From Escherichia coli (GTDB lineage Bacteria > Pseudomonadota > Gammaproteobacteria > Enterobacterales > Enterobacteriaceae), in the NCBI RefSeq assembly GCF_003334355.1, contig NZ_QOWP01000005.1: 64,000 bases of DNA; one strand, 5' to 3'. The translations under genes were made by a program, and so were the position numbers. The notes under the pieces were generated by a model. It had not been told where the DNA came from. It did not search any database and saw only the letters and a program-made list of their open reading frames with translations. Positions 1-12,581 of this stretch are shown here, one piece after another (within the stretch, counting starts at the first letter, position 1; each line of letters opens with the position of its first letter).

Positions 1-75
1 GGTGATTAGCTCAGCTGGGAGAGCACCTCCCTTACAAGGAGGGGGTCGGCGGTTCGATCCCGTCATCACCCACCA
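1..75 (+). tRNA. valY: tRNA-Val (anticodon UAC), 5' end truncated by window edge (first G missing)
   Basis: Anticodon loop CTTACAA flanked by cctcc/ggagg stem; T-arm GGTTCGATCC; 3' CCA at 73-75. Gene name assumed from position directly before tRNA-Lys. Confidence 0.85.
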
Positions 76-79
76 CTTC

Positions 80-155
80 GGGTCGTTAGCTCAGTTGGTA
101 GAGCAGTTGACTTTTAATCAATTGGTCGCAGGTTCGAATCCTGCACGACCCACCA
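80..155 (+). tRNA. lysV: tRNA-Lys (anticodon UUU)
   Basis: 76-nt cloverleaf: GGGTCGTTAGCTCAGTTGGTAGAGC D-arm, anticodon loop CTTTTAA, T-arm GGTTCGAATCC, CCA end. Confidence 0.9.
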
Positions 156-198
156 ATGTAAAAAAGCGCCCTAAAGGCGCTTTTTTGCTATCTGCGAT
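138..198. repeat. Direct repeat copy 1 (tRNA-Lys 3' end + terminator), 61 bp
   Basis: Reads identically to 294-354 by eye. Confidence 0.85.
160..188 (+). terminator. Rho-independent terminator of the tRNA operon
   Basis: GC hairpin agcgccctaaaggcgct followed by TTTTTT. Confidence 0.8.
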
Positions 199-293
199 AC
201 TCAAAGATTCGAACCTGCAGCAGGTTTGAGTTGAGCGCAGCGAAACAACGGAGCCGCTCGCGGCGACGGCCCGAAGGGCGAGCGAAGCGAGTC

Positions 294-354
294 ATCCTGC
301 ACGACCCACCAATGTAAAAAAGCGCCCTAAAGGCGCTTTTTTGCTATCTGCGAT
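294..354. repeat. Direct repeat copy 2 (orphan tRNA-Lys 3' fragment + second terminator copy), 61 bp
   Basis: Identical to 138-198; contains ...cctgcacgacccacca and the same hairpin/T-run. Confidence 0.85.
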
Positions 355-430
355 TTGTAAGATTGATTTTTCTTCTCAAGTTCCTTGTTCTTCTACCGAT
401 ATTACCTCGTACAGTGACGAGGACTGAACA

Positions 431-772
431 ATGGCCACTATCTCTTCAACTTCAATTCCTTCCATACAAACACAGAGTAGTAACAGGGCATCACAAGGTG
501 GCGATGTTGCTTCACAAATCGCGCGGATAAGTCAGCAAATCATCAAACTCACTCAACAAATTAAAGAGATTGTAGACACTAGCGGCAGTGCTGAAGACAA
601 GCAAAAACAGGCCGAATTGATTCAACAGCAAATCACCCTACTGGAAACACAACTGGCGCAGTTGCAGAGACAGCAGGCAGAAAAGGCGCAGGAGAAAGAG
701 CAGCGTTTGTCTCTGAATGTATCCCTTCTAAATCCTGTTGAAAAAACGACTCATATCGATATCTATATCTGA
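431..772 (+). CDS. FlxA-like glutamine-rich coiled-coil protein (113 aa), function unknown
   Basis: ORF with GAGGA RBS 8 nt upstream of ATG; Q/A/E-rich heptad-like segment ([30 protein letters not shown]) resembling the FlxA family as I recall it; not verified by search. 3' end overlaps yfeR stop by 10 nt. Confidence 0.6.
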   Translation: MATISSTSIPSIQTQSSNRASQGGDVASQIARISQQIIKLTQQIKEIVDTSGSAEDKQKQAELIQQQITLLETQLAQLQRQQAEKAQEKEQRLSLNVSLLNPVEKTTHIDIYI

Positions 773-1689
773 TACAACGGATCCCCTTCCCGACCAGCCA
801 TTAGCGCATTGCCCTGGTCTCGTACCACGTCCCATAACGCTTCAGCGGCGGTGGAAAGTGAACGGTTCTTCCTGCGCACCAGCATCAACTGGCGTTCAAC
901 AACCGGCGTAATGCGCTGTACCACCAGTGGGCTACCTTCAGGCAATGGTAGCGCCAGTGCGGGAAGAATACTGATGCCGATGCCTGCGGCTACCATCGGG
1001 AACAGCGTCGCCGGATGTCCAATCTCCTGCACAATATTCGCCTGAATACCATTGCGCGCCAGCGCTGCGTCAATCAGCGGTCGGCTGCCTGACGCGTAAT
1101 CCTGCAACACCAATTTCGCTCCCTGTAATGCCTGCCAGGGTACATAATCTTCCACGGCCAAAGCGCTATCGCGATGGCAAAGCAGAAAGAAAGGCTCGGA
1201 AAGAATCGCTTCACATTGCAGATCGCCCACTGGGCCTGGATCGATGACGATGCCAAAATCGACATCTCCCTGGCGAATACTTTCCATTACCCACTGCTGC
1301 GGACGATCGTGCAGGACAAACTGAATATCTGGATAGCGGCGATGGCTTTCAGCAATGCATTGCGGAATAAGATGCGCGGAAATGGTCTGGCTGGCAGCGA
1401 CCCGAACTTTTCCGCTCAGTTGTTGCCCCATACGCCCGGTATCGCGCAACGTGCTGTTCAGTTCATCCAGCAGTCGCTCAAGACGCAAAGACAGCTGCTG
1501 CCCTGCATCTGTAAGCACCACTTCACGCGTGGTTCTGTCCAGCAGGCGAACACCAGTATGATTTTCCAGCTCCTTCACACTGTGACTCACTGCCGACTGG
1601 CTCAGGCCGATACGCTCTCCTGCACGACTAAAACTTTTCTCCTGCGCTACTGTGACGAAAACCTTTAATTGTTTTAAAGAATAATTCAT
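763..1689 (-). CDS. yfeR: LysR-family transcriptional regulator
   Basis: 308 aa; N-terminal HTH ([38 protein letters not shown]) and LysR substrate-binding domain; divergent from yfeH. Confidence 0.85.
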   Translation of the reverse strand: MNYSLKQLKVFVTVAQEKSFSRAGERIGLSQSAVSHSVKELENHTGVRLLDRTTREVVLTDAGQQLSLRLERLLDELNSTLRDTGRMGQQLSGKVRVAASQTISAHLIPQCIAESHRRYPDIQFVLHDRPQQWVMESIRQGDVDFGIVIDPGPVGDLQCEAILSEPFFLLCHRDSALAVEDYVPWQALQGAKLVLQDYASGSRPLIDAALARNGIQANIVQEIGHPATLFPMVAAGIGISILPALALPLPEGSPLVVQRITPVVERQLMLVRRKNRSLSTAAEALWDVVRDQGNALMAGREGDPLYQI

Positions 1690-1778
1690 CTGTTTTCTTC
1701 ATGAATGGATGCAATAAATCAATTTTATTTCTCAAACTGGAAGAAGCACAATAGAACCATCGATCATCTGGAGTCTTT

Positions 1779-2777
1779 ATGAAACTTTTTCGTATCCTCG
1801 ATCCTTTCACCTTAACCCTGATCACGGTGGTGTTGCTGGCCTCTTTCTTTCCGGCCAGAGGCGATTTCGTCCCCTTCTTTGAAAATCTGACCACCGCAGC
1901 TATTGCCCTGCTGTTCTTTATGCACGGCGCGAAGTTGTCGCGTGAGGCGATTATTGCTGGCGGTGGTCACTGGCGACTGCATTTGTGGGTAATGTGCAGC
2001 ACCTTCGTGCTGTTTCCGATTCTGGGTGTACTGTTTGCCTGGTGGAAACCGGTAAATGTCGACCCGATGCTCTACTCCGGTTTTCTCTACTTGTGCATTC
2101 TCCCGGCTACCGTGCAGTCTGCAATCGCCTTCACGTCAATGGCGGGCGGTAACGTCGCGGCGGCGGTTTGTTCTGCGTCAGCATCCAGCCTGCTGGGGAT
2201 TTTCCTTTCACCATTGCTGGTTGGTCTGGTGATGAATGTTCACGGTGCAGGGGGCAGCCTTGAGCAGGTCGGTAAAATTATGCTGCAACTGCTGCTGCCG
2301 TTTGTGTTGGGGCATCTTTCCCGGCCGTGGATTGGTGACTGGGTGTCGCGCAATAAAAAATGGATTGCGAAAACTGACCAGACGTCCATTCTGTTGGTGG
2401 TTTATACAGCGTTCAGCGAAGCCGTCGTTAATGGTATCTGGCATAAAGTTGGCTGGGGATCATTGCTGTTTATCGTGGTGGTCAGCTGCGTTCTTCTGGC
2501 TATCGTGATTGTAGTTAACGTCTTTATGGCACGCCGACTGGGCTTCAATAAGGCAGATGAAATTACTATCGTCTTTTGTGGTTCGAAAAAGAGTCTGGCA
2601 AATGGCATCCCGATGGCAAACATTCTGTTCCCCACATCGGTGATCGGTATGATGGTGCTGCCCCTGATGATTTTCCATCAGATCCAATTGATGGTCTGTG
2701 CGGTGCTGGCGCGTCGATACAAACGCCAGACCGAACAGTTACAGGCACAGCAGGAAAGCAGCGCCGATAAAGCTTAA
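1779..2777 (+). CDS. yfeH: Inner-membrane transporter, bile acid:sodium symporter (BASS)-like family
   Basis: 332 aa, multiple hydrophobic TM segments; divergent partner of the LysR regulator. Confidence 0.8.
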   Translation: MKLFRILDPFTLTLITVVLLASFFPARGDFVPFFENLTTAAIALLFFMHGAKLSREAIIAGGGHWRLHLWVMCSTFVLFPILGVLFAWWKPVNVDPMLYSGFLYLCILPATVQSAIAFTSMAGGNVAAAVCSASASSLLGIFLSPLLVGLVMNVHGAGGSLEQVGKIMLQLLLPFVLGHLSRPWIGDWVSRNKKWIAKTDQTSILLVVYTAFSEAVVNGIWHKVGWGSLLFIVVVSCVLLAIVIVVNVFMARRLGFNKADEITIVFCGSKKSLANGIPMANILFPTSVIGMMVLPLMIFHQIQLMVCAVLARRYKRQTEQLQAQQESSADKA

Positions 2778-2992
2778 AGCGGACGCTTCAGGGGCTGGAC
2801 CAGTTGCGTCAGCCCCTCGGTTTTAATCAGCAGCGTGATTTGCATTAGCTCACCGAGCTTCCCTGCCGGGAATTCATCTTTGCGGGCAAACCACAGCAGA
2901 TACTCCTCCGGCAGGTCGATTAAGCGACGCCCTTTATATTTGCCAAACGGCATTATCGTATTGGCTATTTCAATCAGCTGCTCTTTTTCCAT
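2774..2992 (-). CDS. ypeB: Small conserved protein YpeB (DUF3820-like), 72 aa
   Basis: Internal start MEKEQLIEIANTIMPFGKYKGRRL chosen over the longer track ORF; sits directly 3' of ligA on the same strand. Confidence 0.7.
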   Translation of the reverse strand: MEKEQLIEIANTIMPFGKYKGRRLIDLPEEYLLWFARKDEFPAGKLGELMQITLLIKTEGLTQLVQPLKRPL

Positions 2993-2993
2993 C

Positions 2994-5018
<2,025 letters not shown>

Positions 5019-5025
5019 TCAATGC

Positions 5026-5050
5026 TAAAAACCCCCGACAAGCGGGGGTT
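5026..5050 (-). terminator. Hairpin + T-run between zipA and ligA (minus-strand sense)
   Basis: Minus-strand reading aacccccgcttgtcgggggttttt; lies about 17 nt upstream of the ligA start codon. Confidence 0.6.
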
Positions 5051-5079
5051 CGAAGAGGAGTTAATTTGCCTTAAGTGTA

Positions 5080-6066
5080 TCAGGCGTTGGCGTCTTTGAC
5101 TTCGCGGATGATGTCCTGGTACTCGCGCAATTTCTGCGGAGTCATCATACGGCGCTGATCGTCAAGCACGACACCGCCCACTTCATCGGCAATATGCTGC
5201 GCAGATTGCAGCATCAGCTTGAAGTTCTGCAGCTCGTCACCGTAAGACGGTACCTGCATAAAGATAGTGACACCCGGAGTAGTGAAATCCTTCATTTCAG
5301 GATCAAAGGTTCCCGGTTTCACCATATTCGCCAGGCTGAATAACGCCGGGCCGCTGCCATCCGGGCTAAGATGACGATGGTAAATATTCATATCGCCAAA
5401 AATGAAGCCCGCTTGTTGAATGCTGTTAAGAAGCAGTTCACCGTTTAGCTCGCTACCGTGATGCGCCGCGACGTTCATGATAATCACCGCTTCTTTGCGC
5501 TTCGGTTTATCCATAACTGGAGCCGGTTCCGCTACAGGCTCAGGCTGTGGTGCCGCTACGGGTTCTGCAGGCTGGAAAGCCTGTTGTGCCGGTTGCGGTG
5601 CTGAATGCACAGGCTGCGGCGCTGGCGCGACCTGTGGCGAAACTGGCTGCTGCAACGGCTGTTCAGGCTGCGGCTGATAGGCAGGCTGCTGCACCGGCTG
5701 CGCTGGATGCGGAGCATGTTGCGGCGGTACCTGCGCTTCAGGCGGCTGCTGGACCGGTTGACGCGGCTGCGCAGACGCATAAGGCGGTTGGTACTGGTGT
5801 TGCGGCGACGGACGAGCAGCCTCATGCTCCTGAGCGTTAGCCGGGGCATGATTCACGCGGTGAACACGAACCTCACCAACGCCCTCATCATCTTCGACAT
5901 CCTCGTCATAAGAATCGTCGTCACGTTTTGACTTCATTCGTTTTAATGGCCGATCGCGGAACATAGAAGATCGTTCTTTACGGCTGGTCCAGAAACCATG
6001 TACCAGTAAAGCGATTATGGCGATCGCGCCAACAATGATTAATATCAGACGCAAATCCTGCATCAT
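5080..6066 (-). CDS. zipA: Cell division protein ZipA (FtsZ membrane anchor)
   Basis: Start set at [22 protein letters not shown] (N-terminal TM); long P/Q-rich linker; C-terminal FtsZ-binding domain; 328 aa. Confidence 0.93.
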
Positions 6067-6295
6067 TATATTCTCTGTTGTTCTAACACCTTGCCACCAC
6101 GGCAAACATTTACTCACTAAGAGTATTTGCCGATTACCTCAAGTGCAAGTGCACTATTAACTTTCACAGCACAAAGATAGATGAAATCGTGCTTTTTGCT
6201 GTTTTTTCGAACATATCCTAACTGTCCATTGCGCAATTACCCGGTAAAATACGCAGAATTTTCCCGGGATTGGTCAAAAGGAGCTCATCCTGATT

Positions 6296-7057
6296 ATGGT
6301 TTCATCATTCACATCTGCCCCACGCAGCGGTTTTTACTATTTTGCGCAAGGCTGGAAGCTCGTCTCGCAACCTGGGATTCGGCGTTTCGTTATTTTACCG
6401 CTGCTGGTCAATATTTTGTTGATGGGGGGCGCATTCTGGTGGCTCTTTACGCAACTCGATGTCTGGATCCCGACTCTCATGAGTTATGTTCCGGACTGGT
6501 TACAATGGCTGAGCTATCTGTTGTGGCCCCTGGCTGTCATCTCTGTGCTGTTAGTGTTTGGCTATTTCTTCTCAACGATTGCTAACTGGATTGCCGCTCC
6601 GTTCAACGGTTTATTGGCTGAACAACTGGAAGCACGATTGACTGGCGCTACACCGCCAGATACCGGGATTTTCGGTATCATGAAAGATGTGCCGCGAATC
6701 ATGAAACGCGAATGGCAAAAATTTGCCTGGTATCTGCCACGCGCAATTGTATTGCTAATTCTTTACTTCATCCCTGGTATTGGGCAAACCGTCGCGCCGG
6801 TACTGTGGTTCCTGTTTAGCGCCTGGATGTTAGCCATCCAGTATTGCGATTACCCCTTCGATAACCACAAAGTGCCGTTTAAAGAGATGCGCACCGCCCT
6901 GCGCACACGCAAAATCACCAATATGCAGTTTGGTGCTTTAACCAGCCTGTTTACGATGATCCCGCTGCTTAATCTGTTCATCATGCCCGTTGCCGTTTGT
7001 GGCGCGACGGCGATGTGGGTCGATTGCTATCGCGATAAACACGCGATGTGGCGGTAA
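6296..7057 (+). CDS. cysZ: Sulfate transporter CysZ
   Basis: 253 aa polytopic membrane protein; immediately upstream of cysK. Confidence 0.93.
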
Positions 7058-7241
7058 CAATCTACCGGTTATTTTGTAAACCGTTTGTGTGAAACAGGGG
7101 TGGCTTATGCCGCCCCTTATTCCATCTTGCATGTCATTATTTCCCTTCTGTATATAGATATGCTAAATCCTTACTTCCGCATATTCTCTGAGCGGGTATG
7201 CTACCTGTTGTATCCCAATTTCATACAGTTAAGGACAGGCC
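7058..7241 (+). promoter_or_regulatory. cysK upstream control region (expected CysB-dependent promoter)
   Basis: AT-rich 184-bp leader upstream of cysK; CysB regulation is established knowledge, sites not mapped here. Confidence 0.4.
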
Positions 7242-8213
7242 ATGAGTAAGATTTTTGAAGATAACTCGCTGACTATCGGTCACACGCCGCTGGTTCGCCT
7301 GAATCGCATCGGTAACGGACGCATTCTGGCGAAGGTGGAATCTCGTAACCCCAGCTTCAGCGTTAAGTGCCGTATCGGTGCCAACATGATTTGGGATGCC
7401 GAAAAGCGCGGCGTGCTGAAACCAGGCGTTGAACTGGTTGAACCGACCAGCGGTAATACCGGGATTGCACTGGCCTATGTAGCTGCCGCTCGCGGTTACA
7501 AACTCACCCTGACCATGCCAGAAACCATGAGTATTGAACGCCGCAAGCTGCTGAAAGCGTTAGGTGCAAACCTGGTGCTGACGGAAGGTGCTAAAGGCAT
7601 GAAAGGCGCAATCCAAAAAGCAGAAGAAATTGTCGCCAGCAATCCAGAGAAATACCTGCTGCTGCAACAATTCAGCAATCCGGCAAACCCTGAAATTCAC
7701 GAAAAGACCACCGGTCCGGAGATATGGGAAGATACCGACGGTCAGGTTGATGTATTTATTGCTGGCGTTGGGACTGGCGGTACGCTGACTGGCGTCAGCC
7801 GCTACATTAAAGGCACCAAAGGCAAGACCGATCTTATCTCTGTCGCCGTTGAGCCAACCGATTCTCCAGTTATCGCCCAGGCGCTGGCAGGTGAAGAGAT
7901 TAAACCTGGCCCGCATAAAATTCAGGGTATTGGCGCTGGTTTTATCCCGGCTAACCTCGATCTCAAGCTGGTCGATAAAGTCATTGGCATCACCAATGAA
8001 GAAGCGATTTCTACCGCGCGTCGTCTGATGGAAGAAGAAGGTATTCTTGCAGGTATCTCTTCTGGAGCAGCTGTTGCCGCGGCGTTGAAACTACAAGAAG
8101 ATGAAAGCTTTACCAACAAGAATATTGTGGTTATTCTACCATCATCGGGTGAGCGTTATTTAAGCACCGCATTGTTTGCCGATCTCTTCACTGAGAAAGA
8201 ATTGCAACAGTAA
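7242..8213 (+). CDS. cysK: Cysteine synthase A (O-acetylserine sulfhydrylase A)
   Basis: 323 aa PLP-dependent fold; N-terminus [20 protein letters not shown]. Confidence 0.97.
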   Translation: MSKIFEDNSLTIGHTPLVRLNRIGNGRILAKVESRNPSFSVKCRIGANMIWDAEKRGVLKPGVELVEPTSGNTGIALAYVAAARGYKLTLTMPETMSIERRKLLKALGANLVLTEGAKGMKGAIQKAEEIVASNPEKYLLLQQFSNPANPEIHEKTTGPEIWEDTDGQVDVFIAGVGTGGTLTGVSRYIKGTKGKTDLISVAVEPTDSPVIAQALAGEEIKPGPHKIQGIGAGFIPANLDLKLVDKVIGITNEEAISTARRLMEEEGILAGISSGAAVAAALKLQEDESFTNKNIVVILPSSGERYLSTALFADLFTEKELQQ

Positions 8214-8235
8214 TGCCAGCTTGTTAAAAATGCGT

Positions 8236-8264
8236 AAAAAAGCACCTTTTTAGGTGCTTTTTTG
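8236..8264 (+). terminator. Rho-independent terminator after cysK
   Basis: aaaaaagcacctttttaggtgcttttttg: hairpin plus T-run. Confidence 0.8.
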
Positions 8265-8596
8265 TGGCCTGCTTCAAACTTTCGCCCCTCCTGGCATTGA
8301 TTCAGCCTGTCGGAACTGGTATTTAACCAGACTAATTATTTTGATGCGCGAAATTAATCGTTACAGGAAAAGCCAAAGCTGAATCGATTTTATGATTTGG
8401 TTCAATTCTTCCTTTAGCGGCATAATGTTTAATGACGTACGAAACGTCAGCGGTCAACACCCGCCAGCAATGGACTGTATTGCGCTCTTCGTGCGTCGCG
8501 TCTGTTAAAAACTGGCGCTAACAATACAGGCTAAAGTCGAACCGCCAGGCTAGACTTTAGTTCCACAACACTAAACCTATAAGTTGGGGAAATACA
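8265..8596 (+). promoter_or_regulatory. ptsH-ptsI-crr upstream regulatory region
   Basis: 332-bp non-coding leader; perfect inverted repeat TGACGT-N5-ACGTCA at 8433-8449 and a CRP-like half-site pair near 8389-8410; ptsH regulation by CRP/Mlc is established knowledge, exact sites are inferred. Confidence 0.4.
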
Positions 8597-8854
8597 ATGT
8601 TCCAGCAAGAAGTTACCATTACCGCTCCGAACGGTCTGCACACCCGCCCTGCTGCCCAGTTTGTAAAAGAAGCTAAGGGCTTCACTTCTGAAATTACTGT
8701 GACTTCCAACGGCAAAAGCGCCAGCGCGAAAAGCCTGTTTAAACTGCAGACTCTGGGCCTGACTCAAGGTACCGTTGTGACTATCTCCGCAGAAGGCGAA
8801 GACGAGCAGAAAGCGGTTGAACATCTGGTTAAACTGATGGCGGAACTCGAGTAA
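8597..8854 (+). CDS. ptsH: Phosphocarrier protein HPr
   Basis: 85 aa; active-site His15 in [10 protein letters not shown]; Ser46 region SASAKSLF. Confidence 0.97.
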
Positions 8855-8898
8855 TTTCCCGGGTTCTTTTAAAAATCAGTCACAAGTAAGGTAGGGTT

Positions 8899-10626
8899 AT
8901 GATTTCAGGCATTTTAGCATCCCCGGGTATCGCTTTCGGTAAAGCTCTGCTTCTGAAAGAAGACGAAATTGTCATTGACCGGAAAAAAATTTCTGCCGAC
9001 CAGGTTGATCAGGAAGTTGAACGTTTTCTGAGCGGTCGTGCCAAGGCATCAGCCCAGCTGGAAACGATCAAAACGAAAGCTGGTGAAACGTTCGGTGAAG
9101 AAAAAGAAGCCATCTTTGAAGGGCATATTATGCTGCTCGAAGATGAGGAGCTGGAGCAGGAAATCATAGCCCTGATTAAAGATAAGCACATGACAGCTGA
9201 CGCAGCTGCTCATGAAGTTATCGAAGGTCAGGCTTCTGCCCTGGAAGAGCTGGATGATGAATACCTGAAAGAACGTGCGGCTGACGTACGTGATATCGGT
9301 AAGCGCCTGCTGCGCAACATCCTGGGCCTGAAGATTATCGACCTGAGCGCCATTCAGGATGAAGTCATTCTGGTTGCCGCTGACCTGACGCCGTCCGAAA
9401 CCGCACAGCTGAACCTGAAGAAGGTGCTGGGTTTCATCACCGACGCGGGTGGCCGTACTTCCCACACCTCTATCATGGCGCGTTCTCTGGAACTACCTGC
9501 TATCGTGGGTACCGGTAGCGTCACCTCTCAGGTGAAAAATGACGACTATCTGATTCTGGATGCCGTAAATAATCAGGTTTACGTCAATCCAACCAACGAA
9601 GTTATTGATAAAATGCGCGCTGTTCAGGAGCAAGTGGCTTCTGAAAAAGCAGAGCTTGCTAAACTGAAAGATCTGCCAGCTATTACGCTGGACGGTCACC
9701 AGGTAGAAGTATGCGCTAACATTGGTACGGTTCGTGACGTTGAAGGTGCAGAGCGTAACGGCGCTGAAGGCGTTGGTCTGTATCGTACTGAGTTCCTGTT
9801 CATGGACCGCGACGCACTGCCCACTGAAGAAGAACAGTTTGCTGCTTACAAAGCAGTGGCTGAAGCGTGTGGCTCGCAAGCGGTTATCGTTCGTACCATG
9901 GACATCGGCGGCGACAAAGAGCTGCCATACATGAACTTCCCGAAAGAAGAGAACCCGTTCCTCGGCTGGCGCGCTATCCGTATCGCGATGGATCGTAAAG
10001 AGATCCTGCGCGATCAGCTCCGCGCTATCCTGCGTGCCTCGGCTTTCGGTAAATTGCGCATTATGTTCCCGATGATCATCTCTGTTGAAGAAGTGCGTGC
10101 ACTGCGCAAAGAGATCGAAATCTACAAACAGGAACTGCGCGACGAAGGTAAAGCGTTTGACGAGTCAATTGAAATCGGCGTAATGGTGGAAACACCGGCT
10201 GCCGCAACAATTGCACGTCATTTAGCCAAAGAAGTTGATTTCTTTAGTATCGGCACCAATGATTTAACGCAGTACACTCTGGCAGTTGACCGTGGTAATG
10301 ATATGATTTCACACCTTTACCAGCCAATGTCACCGTCCGTGCTGAACTTGATCAAGCAAGTTATTGATGCTTCTCATGCTGAAGGCAAATGGACTGGCAT
10401 GTGTGGTGAGCTTGCTGGCGATGAACGTGCTACACTTCTGTTGCTGGGGATGGGTCTGGACGAATTCTCTATGAGCGCCATTTCTATCCCGCGCATTAAG
10501 AAGATTATCCGTAACACGAACTTCGAAGATGCGAAGGTGTTAGCAGAGCAGGCTCTTGCTCAACCGACAACGGACGAGTTAATGACGCTGGTTAACAAGT
10601 TCATTGAAGAAAAAACAATCTGCTAA
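8899..10626 (+). CDS. ptsI: PTS Enzyme I (phosphoenolpyruvate-protein phosphotransferase)
   Basis: 575 aa; PEP-utilising enzyme domains; operon position between ptsH and crr. Confidence 0.97.
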   Translation: MISGILASPGIAFGKALLLKEDEIVIDRKKISADQVDQEVERFLSGRAKASAQLETIKTKAGETFGEEKEAIFEGHIMLLEDEELEQEIIALIKDKHMTADAAAHEVIEGQASALEELDDEYLKERAADVRDIGKRLLRNILGLKIIDLSAIQDEVILVAADLTPSETAQLNLKKVLGFITDAGGRTSHTSIMARSLELPAIVGTGSVTSQVKNDDYLILDAVNNQVYVNPTNEVIDKMRAVQEQVASEKAELAKLKDLPAITLDGHQVEVCANIGTVRDVEGAERNGAEGVGLYRTEFLFMDRDALPTEEEQFAAYKAVAEACGSQAVIVRTMDIGGDKELPYMNFPKEENPFLGWRAIRIAMDRKEILRDQLRAILRASAFGKLRIMFPMIISVEEVRALRKEIEIYKQELRDEGKAFDESIEIGVMVETPAAATIARHLAKEVDFFSIGTNDLTQYTLAVDRGNDMISHLYQPMSPSVLNLIKQVIDASHAEGKWTGMCGELAGDERATLLLLGMGLDEFSMSAISIPRIKKIIRNTNFEDAKVLAEQALAQPTTDELMTLVNKFIEEKTIC

Positions 10627-10666
10627 TCCACGAGATGCGGCCCAATTTACTGCTTAGGAGAAGATC

Positions 10667-11176
10667 ATGGGTTTGTTCGATAAACTGAAATCTCTGGTTT
10701 CCGACGACAAGAAGGATACCGGAACTATTGAGATCATTGCTCCGCTCTCTGGCGAGATCGTCAATATCGAAGACGTGCCGGATGTCGTTTTTGCGGAAAA
10801 AATCGTTGGTGATGGTATTGCTATCAAACCAACGGGTAACAAAATGGTCGCGCCAGTAGACGGCACCATTGGTAAAATCTTTGAAACCAACCACGCATTC
10901 TCTATCGAATCTGATAGCGGCGTTGAACTGTTCGTCCACTTCGGTATCGACACCGTTGAACTGAAAGGCGAAGGCTTCAAGCGTATTGCTGAAGAAGGTC
11001 AGCGCGTGAAAGTTGGCGATACTGTCATTGAATTTGATCTGCCGCTGCTGGAAGAGAAAGCCAAGTCTACCCTGACTCCGGTTGTTATCTCCAACATGGA
11101 CGAAATCAAAGAACTGATCAAACTGTCCGGTAGCGTAACCGTGGGTGAAACCCCGGTTATCCGCATCAAGAAGTAA
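10667..11176 (+). CDS. crr: PTS glucose-specific EIIA component
   Basis: 169 aa; N-terminus [39 protein letters not shown]. Confidence 0.97.
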
Positions 11177-11190
11177 TTCTTGCCGCAGTG

Positions 11191-11221
11191 AAAAATGGCG
11201 CCCATCGGCGCCATTTTTTTA
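11191..11221. terminator. Bidirectional rho-independent terminator shared by crr and convergent pdxK
   Basis: aaaaatggcgcccatcggcgccattttttt: perfect hairpin flanked by A-run and T-run. Confidence 0.8.
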
Positions 11222-12070
11222 TGCTTCCGCCAGCGGCGGCAAAATCAATTCATCGCTCTCATGCTGCTGGGTGTAGCGCATCACTTCCAGTACGCGCAAC
11301 CCCGCTCGGTGCACTGCATCGGTTAACGCCTTCCCTTTCAGCAAGCCACTGATGAGCTGAGCACAAAACAGGTCGCCAGTCCCTTTCAGGTCGGTTTTTA
11401 CCCGTGAATGGGAAATGACATTCACGCTGTCGGCAGTGACCACCACAACCTGCATCTCCTGATTTTCTTCATTACCGGAGGCGCTGGTAACCACCACCCA
11501 TTTTAATGTGTCTGAAAGCAGACTTTTTGCGGCAGCAATGGCACTGTCGAGATCGCGGCAATTTTTACCGGTCAGGATTTCCAACTCAAAGATATTGGGG
11601 GTAATTCCCTGCGCCAGCGGCAGTAAATATTGTCGATACGCTTCGGGAAGGTCAGGTTTGACATAAATTCCGCTATCAATATCGCCAATCACCGGATCGA
11701 CCATGATCAATAGGTCAGGATGGTCTTTGCGTAGCGCAGTCAGCCACTCGGCAAGGATTTTGATTTGCGATGCCGTTCCCATATAGCCCGTGGTTACAGC
11801 ACGAAGTTGGCGCAGCGCATCACGCTCCTGAAGCGCACGCAAATAGCCGCTAAACCATTCGTCCGGAATCGCACCACCGTAGAAAGTGTCATAATGCGGC
11901 GTATTGCTCAGCAATACCGTCGGCACGGCAAAGACATTCAGGCCGTTCTGTTTGATAGCAGGCACGGCAATGCTGTTGCCCACGCTGCCGTAAACCACCT
12001 GCGACTGCACGGCGACGATATCCGCCTGCAGTGCCCTACTCTTATCGTTAAACAACAACAAACTACTCAT
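11219..12070 (-). CDS. pdxK: Pyridoxal/pyridoxine/pyridoxamine kinase
   Basis: 283 aa ribokinase-like fold; N-terminus [32 protein letters not shown]. Confidence 0.93.
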   Translation of the reverse strand: MSSLLLFNDKSRALQADIVAVQSQVVYGSVGNSIAVPAIKQNGLNVFAVPTVLLSNTPHYDTFYGGAIPDEWFSGYLRALQERDALRQLRAVTTGYMGTASQIKILAEWLTALRKDHPDLLIMVDPVIGDIDSGIYVKPDLPEAYRQYLLPLAQGITPNIFELEILTGKNCRDLDSAIAAAKSLLSDTLKWVVVTSASGNEENQEMQVVVVTADSVNVISHSRVKTDLKGTGDLFCAQLISGLLKGKALTDAVHRAGLRVLEVMRYTQQHESDELILPPLAEA

Positions 12071-12106
12071 TTAATTTTTTCTCCTTGCCGATGATCCTCA
12101 TCGTAA

Positions 12107-12149
<43 letters not shown>

Positions 12150-12174
12150 CACAAAACAAGGATAAGGTAATTCA

Positions 12175-12549
12175 ATGAAGAAAATCATTTGTCTGGTCAT
12201 TACACTACTAATGACACTCCCCGTTTACGCGAAGTTAACTGCCCATGAAGAAGCCCGCATCAACGCCATGCTGGAGGGATTAGCACAGAAAAAGGATTTG
12301 ATATTTGTGCGCAACGGTGATGAACATACCTGCTATGAAGCGGTTTCTCATCTGCGTCTGAAGCTCGGCAATACCCGTAACCGCATTGACACTGCCGAGC
12401 AGTTTATTGATAAGGTTGCTTCGTCGTCATCGATTACTGGGAAGCCGTATATTGTGAAGATCCCCGGTAAGAGCGATGAGAACGCACAGCCTTTTTTACA
12501 TGCGTTAATTGCGCAGACGGATAAAACGGTGCCTGCGGAAGGAAATTAA
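12175..12549 (+). CDS. yfeK: Secreted protein of unknown function YfeK
   Basis: 124 aa; N-terminal signal peptide [19 protein letters not shown]. Confidence 0.8.
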
Positions 12550-12581
12550 TCCGCTTTGGGAAGGCATTTACAGGAGGTAAC

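Noticed and set aside
1-229. Track ORF 2-229 (75 aa) spanning the tRNA genes
   Set aside because: Runs straight through two tRNA genes and a terminator.
156-772. Integrase or prophage remnant next to tRNA-Lys
   Set aside because: Searched the tRNA-proximal region on both strands for an integrase-sized ORF; none is present. Only the att-like repeat and the small FlxA-like ORF remain.
5477-5931. Cluster of Gly/Ala/Cys/Arg-rich ORFs on both strands
   Set aside because: They lie within the low-complexity P/Q-rich linker of zipA; the repetitive CAG/CCG-rich DNA keeps several frames open.
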